64,000 nucleotides of DNA from assembly GCA_032161105.1 (NCBI GenBank), contig JAVHTD010000005.1. One strand, written 5' to 3'. Source of the stretch: Candidatus Thermosaccharophagus tengchongensis. GTDB taxonomy: Bacteria > Armatimonadota > Fervidibacteria > Fervidibacterales > Thermosaccharophagaceae. Numbering within the stretch: the first letter of the stretch is position 1; the number at the start of each line of letters is the position of its first letter. Both the position numbers and the translations under genes were made by a program. This document shows positions 48,679-58,324 of the stretch, one piece after another. Below the pieces are notes generated by a model. That model worked only from the letters and a program-made list of their open reading frames with translations. It did not search any database and had not been told where the DNA came from.

Positions 48679-51510
48679 TCATTTCGTCAAGGAGAGCTCA
48701 TCAATTGTGAATGAGCAGCCGAGGTGGTTGCCGAGCAGACCGGCGAGAAGATACTCATCCGTCGTGAGGTTTCCTATGAGCACCTCGTTCAAGATGGCGT
48801 TCTGCGGTTTCATCCCGAGTGCTTCGCACAGGGAGCGCAAATCAACCTTGACATTGACGATGCCGTTTGCACCTCTGTTGACTTGCACGCCTGCTGTTTG
48901 TCCGGCGGTGACGATCTCATTGGGGTGTGGAAGCACTTGGCTCAACGGTATCATCACAGTGCGCCCGTTGATGCGAAGGTAAAGGTTAACAAGCGTTCCT
49001 TCGCCCATGCGCATGCTGAGCTCCAGCATTGGCGATTGCATCACATAGACATCGTTGACTGGCGCTCTGACCATCATTCTTCCTCCGGACATGCAGTTTA
49101 CGACCTCAACTTTACCATTCGGTGTCAGGCGGACTGCAGGCTGGCTCTCATCGTTGTGAATTGCTCTCCAACCGTTAGCTGAGGCGATTTCGCTCGGTGA
49201 TTCCTGTGGCAAGTTGGATGGTGGCATCGGTGCTGTTTCAAGCGACTTTATCCTCTCATACCAAATGCGGGTCCTCGCCACAAGCACACCGTTGTCAACC
49301 GTCCATATCGCAACCCTGCCCGAATTTATCGGTTGTGGATCACTCCAGTGCACTACAGGTTGCCTGTCAACATAGCATGTGATGTTGTTACCGAGTTTCA
49401 AAATGCGTATATAAAACCAGTGCCTGTGGAAGCCAGCAAAATTGAGCGTCGTAGCTTTCCTGAAAGCCACATCGGGGTTATATGCCACCCTTTCCCCTTT
49501 CCGCAAAAGCCCCGAGCCAGCGTTACCCCACCCAGCCAGCAGGAATGAATAGCCGCTGCCCACATTCCAACCATCGGCGCAAAATGAGACATTGATATCG
49601 CGGGGGTTCGGATACGGGTTGCCGCGCTCACGCATCTTGATTGCCGCAAATACCTCAATGACCATATTCCCCTCAAAGCTCGCCTTGCTCCAAAGCGTTG
49701 GGAAACGGTGCTGTGTCCCGCCAAACCACGCCCAGCCCGGAGAACATGGCCATCTTGCCGTCACTTGCCAGACGCCCCTTGTGGAGCGCCAGCGAGTCGG
49801 AGCTATTGAGAATGTGTCGTCAATGAGATTGGAGCACACAAGGTTACATCTTGCCCAGTCCGGTTCATAGCCATCCCTTCTATAGCTGATAAACTGGGCA
49901 AGTTTGATAGCGGGGTGCTCAGCAGTTGCGATCACCCTGCTGCCAAGCATTATGACCAATCTGTTTGCCATACGCTTAATGCGCACTGGCTCCTCGCTGA
50001 CGCTATCTGGGTTTAGCCTCGCACTCGTCAATGCTAACGAGCCATAGCTTACTGTCACAAGGATATCGTTCGTTCCACCGACCCTTAGTGGTGCATTGAT
50101 GCCGAATGGGATTGGCGATGGCAACCCAATGTGGAAGTTTGCTATTTGACGCGGTGATTCAACACGCCTGGTGACTTGCAAGGTTATGGGACGAGCGCCG
50201 GTCGCTTGCGGTGGGCAAAGGTGAAATGAGAAGCTACCCCTATTTCGCCCGCCGTTAGTCAACCAAAGCGTCAGTTCAAAGTCGCCAAAGAATATCCCCG
50301 GATGCCACCATAGGTTTGGGTCTTGAGGGTCACGCATGAGCGAGCCAGACAAAGTTGCCCACTCAGCCATCGTGTCCTCATATGTGTATTGCTCGGTTAT
50401 CTTCGTGTGCATGGCAGCAGATATAAGCTGCTGCAACGGAGCCACAATGACATCGTCAAAATAGGCTCTCCCATCGCCAGTCGCATACAGCCCAACTTGC
50501 CCCATGGGGAAGCCATTCAGGGTTGCACGAACGACTTCAATTCCATCCACCCAACCCCTCACGGTCGCATTGTCGGCGCTAATGCGCAGCTCATACCATT
50601 GGTCGTCTTCAAGCGGCAATGCCTGTTCGGCAAGCACAACTTCTTTACCGCTCCTCACACGCACAAGCCTGACAGAGCCTTTCGGGAAATAGCGCCAGTT
50701 GCCTTTCGGCTCCAGAGTGAGCATCCAGAAATCATCCAATCCCTTTGCGTAAGCTATTAATCCAGCGGTTGCGCGCCCTTGAACTTTAACCGATGCCTGC
50801 GCTGCGTAGCTGTGCCAGAACCAATATCCCGTTAATGCGAATGCTTTCGGCTGTTGCGGCGTTACAGTTGCGCGGAGCGCAAATGGGTTGGCGCTCAAAT
50901 TGGGGTTTGGCTGCGGGCTGTCAACGCCCTGCAATGACCACTGACCAGTCTTATCCCATGATGTGAGGTTATCATCGCCTTGAGTGAAATCGTCCGTGAA
51001 GAAGACCTGTTCCGTGGGTTGATATCGCAACTCCTCAACTGAGAGGTGGGGACACCCAAGGGCGTATTTCAAAGCCCCACCAGACGGTATGTTGATATCT
51101 GCCCTGAGCAGCACCTCGTCATTTGAGAGCAACCTGATGCCCTCTGGAGAGCGTATGAGGAGCAGCTTCCATCCGTTGCCATTCTGCAGCCCTTTACCGC
51201 GAGAGATCTCCCTTTTTTGTCCACGCCCATACCATGCAAGCTGTGTATCATTGCGCCCAACATGGATCATGTAAAACTCCTGTTGGTTACCCGATATGCT
51301 GAAAGTGCACAGCGTTGTGTGCACGCAGCTGGCATCAATTTGGCGCAGTGTCATAGCGAGGCAGAATGATGGGTCACTCGTCTGCTCAATCATCTCAAAC
51401 TTGAGCTGCGCTTTCGCCACACCAATAGGCACGGATGACACGGATAAAAATAGGCACATGACAAGCCACAAGCAACCCACACATATGGCAAACGAATCTC
51501 GCTCGTTCAT
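48679..51510 (-). CDS. Large secreted protein with repeated concanavalin A-like (LamG/DUF1080-like) domains
   Basis: Signal peptide; QWYELRI...GWVDG...GQVGL...FDDV and HWFYIRI...YVD...DPQPINSGRVAIW beta-sandwich motifs. Confidence 0.7.
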   Translation of the reverse strand: MNERDSFAICVGCLWLVMCLFLSVSSVPIGVAKAQLKFEMIEQTSDPSFCLAMTLRQIDASCVHTTLCTFSISGNQQEFYMIHVGRNDTQLAWYGRGQKREISRGKGLQNGNGWKLLLIRSPEGIRLLSNDEVLLRADINIPSGGALKYALGCPHLSVEELRYQPTEQVFFTDDFTQGDDNLTSWDKTGQWSLQGVDSPQPNPNLSANPFALRATVTPQQPKAFALTGYWFWHSYAAQASVKVQGRATAGLIAYAKGLDDFWMLTLEPKGNWRYFPKGSVRLVRVRSGKEVVLAEQALPLEDDQWYELRISADNATVRGWVDGIEVVRATLNGFPMGQVGLYATGDGRAYFDDVIVAPLQQLISAAMHTKITEQYTYEDTMAEWATLSGSLMRDPQDPNLWWHPGIFFGDFELTLWLTNGGRNRGSFSFHLCPPQATGARPITLQVTRRVESPRQIANFHIGLPSPIPFGINAPLRVGGTNDILVTVSYGSLALTSARLNPDSVSEEPVRIKRMANRLVIMLGSRVIATAEHPAIKLAQFISYRRDGYEPDWARCNLVCSNLIDDTFSIAPTRWRSTRGVWQVTARWPCSPGWAWFGGTQHRFPTLWSKASFEGNMVIEVFAAIKMRERGNPYPNPRDINVSFCADGWNVGSGYSFLLAGWGNAGSGLLRKGERVAYNPDVAFRKATTLNFAGFHRHWFYIRILKLGNNITCYVDRQPVVHWSDPQPINSGRVAIWTVDNGVLVARTRIWYERIKSLETAPMPPSNLPQESPSEIASANGWRAIHNDESQPAVRLTPNGKVEVVNCMSGGRMMVRAPVNDVYVMQSPMLELSMRMGEGTLVNLYLRINGRTVMIPLSQVLPHPNEIVTAGQTAGVQVNRGANGIVNVKVDLRSLCEALGMKPQNAILNEVLIGNLTTDEYLLAGLLGNHLGCSFTIDELSLTK

Positions 51511-51549
51511 TTCCCAGCTACCTCCGAGCGACTTCTCGCTTCATTGCCG

Positions 51550-51558
51550 AGTATACCA
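51550..51558 (-). promoter_or_regulatory. Candidate extended -10 promoter (TGgTATACT) for the 943-aa gene
   Basis: AGTATACCA on the + strand, 40 nt upstream of the start; GGAGG Shine-Dalgarno follows. Confidence 0.4.
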
Positions 51559-51765
51559 CACCCTCAATGCCACTGCAATCACACTTTTAGACACGCAGCC
51601 GTTTCAATCGGTGGCGTTGTTTGGCTTTGCGGCGTTACAAATTTTGGTGGCGGGCACAGCAATGCATTGTGGCTCGTATAAGCTCTACAGCTCATCAGTT
51701 CACTCGCGCATTGCTTTCGTGCCCGCCATAGGGGGTCTCTTACAGGTGTCTTTTTCAAGCCGCTG

Positions 51766-52650
51766 TTAAGCCAACCGCCCCATGCGTGCCGCTATCTCCC
51801 TAAGCCTCGCTATGCGCTCAGGGATAGGTGGGTGAGTGCTGAACAGTTTCCAGATGACATCGCCATATGCCGGATGGACTATGAACATGTGAGCTGTGCT
51901 CGGGTTAGCATCAACCATTGGCAACTGGCGCACCGCAGCATCAAGCTTTGCTAAAGCGCTCGCCAATGAGAGCGGCTTCCCACTCATGTATGCTGCGCCT
52001 TCGTCAGCCATATATTCGCGGGAGCGTGATATGGCGAGTTGAATGATCAACGCTGCAAGCGGCGCGAGAATGATGAGCAGCACAAGGGCAATTAACTGGA
52101 GGACATTGCCATTGCGCTCCCTATCCCTGCCGAACGCCCCGAACCACAGCGCCCATTGTGCCATCCTTGCCAAGACCATGATTGCGCCGGCTATCGTCGC
52201 TGCGATGGCGGAGACAAGCGTATCCCTGTTGCGCACATGGGTCAACTCGTGAGCGAGCACTCCCTCAATTTCGTCCTCATTGAGCAATCTGAGCAACCCC
52301 TCAGTCACAGCAACAGCTGCGTGATGTGGATCTCTTCCTGTGGCGAAGGCATTCGGCTGCATCACTGGGATTATGTAAAGGCGCGGCATTGGCAAGTTGG
52401 CTTTGGCAGTGAGTCGCCGCACGATGGCATGCAAGTGCGGATAACTTGTTGGGTCTGCTTCCCTTGCACGATACATTGCAAGCACGATCTTATCGGAGAA
52501 CCACCATGCACCGAAGTTCATCAGAGCCGCTATTATCAGCGCAAACAGCATCCCGTTTTTGCCGCCAATTAAGTCACCAATCAGGATGAGCAGCCCTGTT
52601 AGTGCACCAAGCAGAAGCACTGTCTTGATCTGATTGCCCATCATCTTCAC
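51766..52650 (-). CDS. htpX: Zinc metalloprotease HtpX
   Basis: PNAFATGR, AVTEGL, HELTH, AISRSREYMAD, FSTHPP. Confidence 0.95.
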   Translation of the reverse strand: MKMMGNQIKTVLLLGALTGLLILIGDLIGGKNGMLFALIIAALMNFGAWWFSDKIVLAMYRAREADPTSYPHLHAIVRRLTAKANLPMPRLYIIPVMQPNAFATGRDPHHAAVAVTEGLLRLLNEDEIEGVLAHELTHVRNRDTLVSAIAATIAGAIMVLARMAQWALWFGAFGRDRERNGNVLQLIALVLLIILAPLAALIIQLAISRSREYMADEGAAYMSGKPLSLASALAKLDAAVRQLPMVDANPSTAHMFIVHPAYGDVIWKLFSTHPPIPERIARLREIAARMGRLA

Positions 52651-52697
52651 CCCGTTGGGCGAGCATTTTCAGCACTGTTGAAATGCAGCCACAAAGC

Positions 52698-52740
52698 ATT
52701 ATAGCGCGAGGCGGTCTCACATTTTGAAGCCCTTGTGAGA
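52698..52740 (-). promoter_or_regulatory. Candidate htpX -10 box (TATAAT) with adjacent inverted repeat TCTCACA-N12-TGTGAGA
   Basis: ATTATA at 52698-52703; palindrome arms at 52715-52721 and 52734-52740. Confidence 0.35.
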
Positions 52741-52904
52741 ACTCCTTTGGAAGCGTCTGGCGCTAACAATGCCGAGTGGATCATTTGCATTAGCTTCACC
52801 GCGAGTGCGTCATCCTAAACTTTGCAAGCAATCGTTGGTGGACTGCGAATCGCCGAATGGGGAGCTCGGCACATAGCTTTTGCGCAAAACGGTTGAAGAG
52901 GGGA

Positions 52905-54833
52905 GTGGTTGCCATCGGGAAGAGCGTTGCGAGAAAAATCATTGACGAGCACATAGTTGAAGGCGAGCCAATCCCGGGACGCGAGATTGCCGTGCGGATT
53001 GACCAGACTTTGATGCAGGATGCGACGGGGACGATGGCATGCCTTGAACTTGAGGCAATGGGTATTGAGCATGTGCGCACAAAGCTGTCAGTTTGCTATG
53101 TTGACCATAACATGCTGCAACTCGGCTTTGAGAATGCCGATGACCATCGCTTCCTTAGGACATTCGCAGCCAAGCACGGCATATATTTCTCTCGCCCCGG
53201 AAATGGCATTTGTCATCAAGTGCACCTTGAGAGGTTTGCCATCCCCGGCGAATCGCTCCTTGGCTCCGACAGCCATACCCCGACTTGTGGTGGAATCGGC
53301 ATGTTAGCCATTGGCGCCGGTGGGCTTGATGTTGCACTCGCTATGGCTGGTGAGCCATTCCGAATGACCATGCCAAAAGTTGTGCTCGTCAAGTTGACCG
53401 GCAAACTGCCAGATTGGGTTTCGGCGAAGGATGTGGCGCTTGAGCTCCTGCGCAGGCTTACGGTAAAGGGCGGCATCGGAAAGCTGTTTGAATACGGCGG
53501 TGACGGTGTGTTGGGGTTGTCCGTCCCAGAGAGAGCCACGATAGCCAACATGGGGACTGAACTTGGGGCAACGACGAGCATTTTCCCGAGTGATGAGCAG
53601 GCGCTCGCATTCCTGCGAGCGCAGGGAAGGGAGGGCGATTGGAGACACATAGTGGCTGATGCGGATGCCGACTACGATGGGCTGATTGAGCTTGACCTAA
53701 GTTCACTTGAGCCATTGGTCGCATGCCCGTCAAGCCCAGATAATGTCAAGCCAGTGAATGAACTTGAAGGGACACCAGTTGACCAAGTCTGCATCGGCAG
53801 CTGCACTAACTCATCCTATCGTGATCTGATGGTGGTTGCCGAAATATTGCGCGGCAAGCGAGTTCACCCAAGGGTGAGCGTTACGCTTTCTCCGGGCTCA
53901 AGGCAAGTTCTGCTCATGCTCGTGCGCAATGGCGCGCTTGCCGAACTGCTTTCAGCTGGCGTTAGGGTGCTTGAATGCGCTTGTGGTCCGTGTGTCGGTA
54001 TGGGGCAAGCGCCACCGAGCGGCGGTGTTTCACTTCGCACATTCAATCGCAACTTCAAGGGCAGGAGTGGGACGAAGGATGACATGGTTTATCTTTGCAG
54101 CCCTGAGGTGGCGGCAGTCGCCGCAATCACTGGCGAGATAACCGACCCGAGGAAATTTGGCGACCCGCCGAGGATAGCCCTGCCAGAGCAATTTGCAATT
54201 GACGACTCGCTCATCATCCCGCCGGCTGATGATCCAAGCGAGGTTGAGGTGATTTTCGGACCGAACATAAAACCGCTTCCAGAGTTTGACCGGCTGCCGC
54301 AAACGCTCGCCGGCACTGTGCTGATCAAGTTGAGGGACAACATCACGACCGATGACATACTCCCCAGCGGCGCGAAGGTTATGGCGCTGCGCTCCAACTT
54401 GCCGGCAATATCCGAGTTTGTGTTTGAGCGCCTTGACCCGGCATTTGTTGAGCGTGCAAAGCTTCGTGGGGGTGGCTTCATTGTCGGTGGCGAAAATTAT
54501 GGGCAGGGTTCAAGCAGGGAGCATGCGGCGCTTGCGCCACGCTATTTGGGCGTGCGCGCAGTCATAGCCAAATCTTTTGCCAGAATACATCACGCCAACT
54601 TGGTCAACTTCGGCATATTGCCGCTCACATTCTCAAGAGACGAGGATTATGACCTCATCTCCTGCGGCGACGAGCTTGAGATGCCAGATGTCATTGGGCG
54701 TCTCAGGGAGGGGCAGCCTATACTCGTGCGCAACCTGAGCAACGGGAGCGAGTTCATGGCTGAGTATTCGCTCACGAGGCGTCAGGTTGAGATCGTCATT
54801 GCCGGCGGCGTGCTTAACATTGCCCGAAGGTGA
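52905..54833 (+). CDS. Aconitate hydratase (Aquifex-type single-chain)
   Basis: QDATGTMA, DHN, GICHQVH, GSDSHT, IGSCTN, CGPCVG, NRNF, ITTD, YGQGSSREHAA. Confidence 0.92.
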   Translation: MVAIGKSVARKIIDEHIVEGEPIPGREIAVRIDQTLMQDATGTMACLELEAMGIEHVRTKLSVCYVDHNMLQLGFENADDHRFLRTFAAKHGIYFSRPGNGICHQVHLERFAIPGESLLGSDSHTPTCGGIGMLAIGAGGLDVALAMAGEPFRMTMPKVVLVKLTGKLPDWVSAKDVALELLRRLTVKGGIGKLFEYGGDGVLGLSVPERATIANMGTELGATTSIFPSDEQALAFLRAQGREGDWRHIVADADADYDGLIELDLSSLEPLVACPSSPDNVKPVNELEGTPVDQVCIGSCTNSSYRDLMVVAEILRGKRVHPRVSVTLSPGSRQVLLMLVRNGALAELLSAGVRVLECACGPCVGMGQAPPSGGVSLRTFNRNFKGRSGTKDDMVYLCSPEVAAVAAITGEITDPRKFGDPPRIALPEQFAIDDSLIIPPADDPSEVEVIFGPNIKPLPEFDRLPQTLAGTVLIKLRDNITTDDILPSGAKVMALRSNLPAISEFVFERLDPAFVERAKLRGGGFIVGGENYGQGSSREHAALAPRYLGVRAVIAKSFARIHHANLVNFGILPLTFSRDEDYDLISCGDELEMPDVIGRLREGQPILVRNLSNGSEFMAEYSLTRRQVEIVIAGGVLNIARR

Positions 54834-54848
54834 AGGTTCATCCTGTGA

Positions 54849-56120
54849 GTGGTGATGGCGATGAGGCTCTCCGATGGTGTTGCCGAGGAGGTGCTGGATA
54901 ACGGCTTAAAGGTGTTGGTCAAGGAGGACCACACAACTCCGCTCGCAAGCTGCTACATGTGGTATCGCCTTGGCTCAAGGAATGAACACCCGGGTATAAC
55001 GGGCATATCGCATTGGGTTGAGCATATGCTCTTCAAGGGGACGCCGAGGTTCCCGAAGGAGCTGCTAACGCGCTTGATAGAGCGAAAGGGTGGGCGCTGG
55101 AATGGGTTCACATCGCATGACTATACCGCTTACTTTGAGGACTTGCCCTCAAGCGACATAGAACTTGCGCTGCAAATTGAGTCCGATAGAATGACCAACG
55201 CCATCTTTGACCCGAAGGAAGTTGAGGCTGAGCGGACGGTCATCATAAGCGAGCGCCAAGGCGCAGAGAACCATCCCGAGTTTTTGCTCAGTGAGGCAGT
55301 TCATGCTGTGGCATTTATAGCTCATCCATACCGATGGAGCGTCATCGGGTATGAGTCAGACCTGCGCTCAATAACTCGTGATGAGCTGTTCTCCTATTAT
55401 AAGCGCTACTATGCCCCAAACAACGCCGTTCTTGTCGTCGTCGGGGATGTTAAGGTGGATCGCATAATTGAGCTTGCAAGGAGGCACTTTGGCGAACTGG
55501 CGCGCGGCGAGACACCACCGGAGCCGAGAACAAAAGAGCCGGAGCAAAGGGGCGAAAGGCGCGTTACCGTCAGGAGGGAAGCATACGGCGAGTATGTCTT
55601 TATCGCCTATCACACGCCATCCGCTGCGTGCGAGGATATTCCCGCACTGTGCATCCTTGAAGCCATTCTCAGCATGGGTAAAAGCTCAAGGCTATACCGA
55701 AACTTGGTTGAAGGCAACATAGCAGTTTGGGCAGAAGCTCATTTGCACCTCGCGATAGACCCATCGCTGTTCTGGATGCGCGCTCAGGCGAGGGATGGCA
55801 TCAATGTTGAGCACCTTGAAAGGGCGCTTCTAACAGAGGTTGAGCGCATCGTTCAAGACGGAGTTACGGCTCAGGAGCTCCAAAGAGCCTTAAGCCAAGT
55901 GGAAGCCTCCTTCATCTACTCTCAGGAAGGCGTCTCAATGAGGGCGATGCAGCTCGGCTTCTTTGAAATCCTCTCAAGCTACAAATACGCCGATGAGTTG
56001 CTTGAGCGCGTGAGGGCTGTGAGTGCCGACGAAGTGCAAGCGGTGGCTCAGCGCTACTTGCACGAGGACAATCGCACTGTCGGGCACTTCATACCGACTT
56101 CATCTGGAAGGTCATCTTAA
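54849..56120 (+). CDS. M16 (pitrilysin) family zinc peptidase, catalytic subunit
   Basis: GSRNE, HWVEH (HxxEH), NGFT..DYTAY, ERTVIISER, HPY. Confidence 0.92.
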   Translation: MVMAMRLSDGVAEEVLDNGLKVLVKEDHTTPLASCYMWYRLGSRNEHPGITGISHWVEHMLFKGTPRFPKELLTRLIERKGGRWNGFTSHDYTAYFEDLPSSDIELALQIESDRMTNAIFDPKEVEAERTVIISERQGAENHPEFLLSEAVHAVAFIAHPYRWSVIGYESDLRSITRDELFSYYKRYYAPNNAVLVVVGDVKVDRIIELARRHFGELARGETPPEPRTKEPEQRGERRVTVRREAYGEYVFIAYHTPSAACEDIPALCILEAILSMGKSSRLYRNLVEGNIAVWAEAHLHLAIDPSLFWMRAQARDGINVEHLERALLTEVERIVQDGVTAQELQRALSQVEASFIYSQEGVSMRAMQLGFFEILSSYKYADELLERVRAVSADEVQAVAQRYLHEDNRTVGHFIPTSSGRSS

Positions 56121-56126
56121 GCGAAT

Positions 56127-57476
56127 GTGGAAGTTACTCAGGCATGCCTCAACGGGGTGAGTGGGATGAGGTCTCACTTATGGTGCATGGGTGGTATACC
56201 CTCCACATCGCCCATACATTGCGAGCCGATAGTCCATGTGCTTGATAACGGCATTACGGTCATCGCCGTTGAAAGGCGCAATCACCCGAGCGTGGCGATT
56301 TGCAGCTCCTTTGTGGCTGGGAGCATCAGGGATGCGCATGGCATGCGCGGCTTGGCAAATTTAACATCGCAAATGATTACGAGGGGGACGGCGAAACGCA
56401 CATGGGTTCAAATTGCTGAGGAACTTGAGGATGTTGGAGCTCGCATATGGACTTGGTGCTCTCACGACTTTTCTGGCGTTGGTGTGAGCTGCCTTTCAAA
56501 GCATGTTGAGCGATCAATGGATGTGCTTTCGGATGTGTTGCTCAATCCATCTTTCCCGAGTGATGAGCTTGAAAAATGCAAGCTGCGCACAATAACACAG
56601 CTGCACACCCTTGATGACGATCCGTGGGCAGTTGCGGCAAAGATGATGCGCAAAGCGCTGTATCCCGAAGGGCATCCATACCGATATTTTTCGGAGGGGG
56701 AAGCGGAGGACATCCAGAAGCTGGATAGAGATGCGCTTTGCGAATTTCATCGGCGTTGGTATCGCCCGCATGGAGCTGCATTAGCCATCATTGGTGACAT
56801 CGCGCCAGATGAGGCAATCAAGTTGGCACAGCGTTATTTGGGCGAGTGGGAGGCTGGTATTGGTGAAGTTGAAGTGGGGGGCGTCTTGGAGGTCCAGCCG
56901 CAACCACCCAAATTTGAAGTCCGAACTATGGCTGACAAATCACAGGTTGCAGTCATGCTTGGTCAGCTCTGCGTGAGCAGGCGTGACGCTGACTATTATG
57001 CCCTCAGCGTCTTCAACTGCATTCTCGGCGGCAGCGCAGGCATCGGAAGGTTGTTCAATAGAGTTAGAGGTGAAGAGGGGCTCGCATACAGCGTTTGGTC
57101 GCGCATCTCGGGGCGATTGGGCAAAGGGATGTTTATAGCGGGTGCTGGCGTTGCTCCGGATAATGTCAAGAGGGCGATTGAGAGCATGCGGAATCAGATT
57201 AGGGCAATGTGCTCCGATGAGCCGCCAAACCAGGAGGAGCTGAACGACGCTGTTAATTACATCGTTGGCAGCTTCATCTTCCGTATTGAGACAAATGCGG
57301 GCATGGCTCAGGCGCTGTTGGATGCGCACATGTATGGACTTGGAGTTGACTACCTGAAAAGGCGAGAGGAGATATACCGCTCAATTACGCTTGAGCAGGT
57401 GATTGAAGCCGCTCAAAGGCACATCAGCGTTGATTCGCTCTCGGTAGCTGTGGCAGGACCTTGGAGTGAAAAGTGA
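56127..57476 (+). CDS. M16 family peptidase, non-catalytic partner subunit
   Basis: LDNG, GLANLTSQM (no HxxEH), HPY, RLFNRVRGEEGLAY. Confidence 0.88.
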   Translation: MEVTQACLNGVSGMRSHLWCMGGIPSTSPIHCEPIVHVLDNGITVIAVERRNHPSVAICSSFVAGSIRDAHGMRGLANLTSQMITRGTAKRTWVQIAEELEDVGARIWTWCSHDFSGVGVSCLSKHVERSMDVLSDVLLNPSFPSDELEKCKLRTITQLHTLDDDPWAVAAKMMRKALYPEGHPYRYFSEGEAEDIQKLDRDALCEFHRRWYRPHGAALAIIGDIAPDEAIKLAQRYLGEWEAGIGEVEVGGVLEVQPQPPKFEVRTMADKSQVAVMLGQLCVSRRDADYYALSVFNCILGGSAGIGRLFNRVRGEEGLAYSVWSRISGRLGKGMFIAGAGVAPDNVKRAIESMRNQIRAMCSDEPPNQEELNDAVNYIVGSFIFRIETNAGMAQALLDAHMYGLGVDYLKRREEIYRSITLEQVIEAAQRHISVDSLSVAVAGPWSEK

Positions 57477-58285
57477 TGGGCGTCATTTTTGATTCGCTCA
57501 GCAGCATCATCCGTTATAGGCAGCTCATTTATGTGCTCGTTTGGCGCGAGTTGCGCCTCCGCTACAAGCGAACCGTCCTTGGGATACTTTGGTCACTTGC
57601 GCCACCAATTGCGCAGGTGCTCATACTTGTTATCGTCGTTGAGCACTTCTTCAAGCGCGACCTGCCCAACATATCGGCATACTTCATGTGCGTCGTTTTT
57701 GCGTGGCAATTCTTTAGCGCCTCAATACTTGATGGGTGCTCATCACTCCTTCAACACGGCTCATTGGTCAAGGCTTTCCCCTTCCCGAGAGAAGTCTTGC
57801 CGTTTGTTTCCGTCCTGAGCAACTTGGTTCACTTCCTCATAAGCATGCTCGTTCTCCTTGTCTATTTGCTCGCTTTAAAGGTTCACCTCCAAACGAGGGC
57901 GCTCTTTGTTCCAGTCATCATTATCGGTCAAGTGATGCTCTCCACAGGTTTAGCGCTCATGCTTTCCTGCTGGACAGTCTACTACCACGATGTGAAGTTC
58001 ATCGCGGACACGGCACTTAAGTGGCTTTATTTTGCGGTGCCGATCATGTATTTCCTTGAGGATGTGCCGCATGGCTGGCTTCGCTTTTACTTGCTTAACC
58101 CAGTGGCTGTCTACATTGACGCATACAGGCGCTTGCTCATGTATCCGCCACCGCTTCCAAACAGGCAAGCGCTGCCGATTGATTGGATGCACATCATCAT
58201 GGCGCTGATGACTTCCGCCATCGTTCTCCTCCTCGGTCTCCTCATCTTCCGAAAGCATTCCGACAAGCTCGCTGAGTGGCTTTAA
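57473..58285 (+). CDS. ABC-2 polysaccharide export permease (Wzm-like)
   Basis: RELRLRYKRTVLGILWSL, FPREVLP, YYHDV, PIMY, LNPV. Confidence 0.88.
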   Translation: MMGVIFDSLSSIIRYRQLIYVLVWRELRLRYKRTVLGILWSLAPPIAQVLILVIVVEHFFKRDLPNISAYFMCVVFAWQFFSASILDGCSSLLQHGSLVKAFPFPREVLPFVSVLSNLVHFLISMLVLLVYLLALKVHLQTRALFVPVIIIGQVMLSTGLALMLSCWTVYYHDVKFIADTALKWLYFAVPIMYFLEDVPHGWLRFYLLNPVAVYIDAYRRLLMYPPPLPNRQALPIDWMHIIMALMTSAIVLLLGLLIFRKHSDKLAEWL

Positions 58286-58324
58286 AAATTTTTCGCGGGA
58301 AAAGCGCGGCTTGAAATTGGCACC

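Noticed and set aside
51660..51725. Hammerhead ribozyme (minus strand has CTGATGAG and CGAAA)
   Set aside because: GAAA does not follow the stem after CUGAUGA, and I could not build stems II/III or a UH cleavage site in any permutation.
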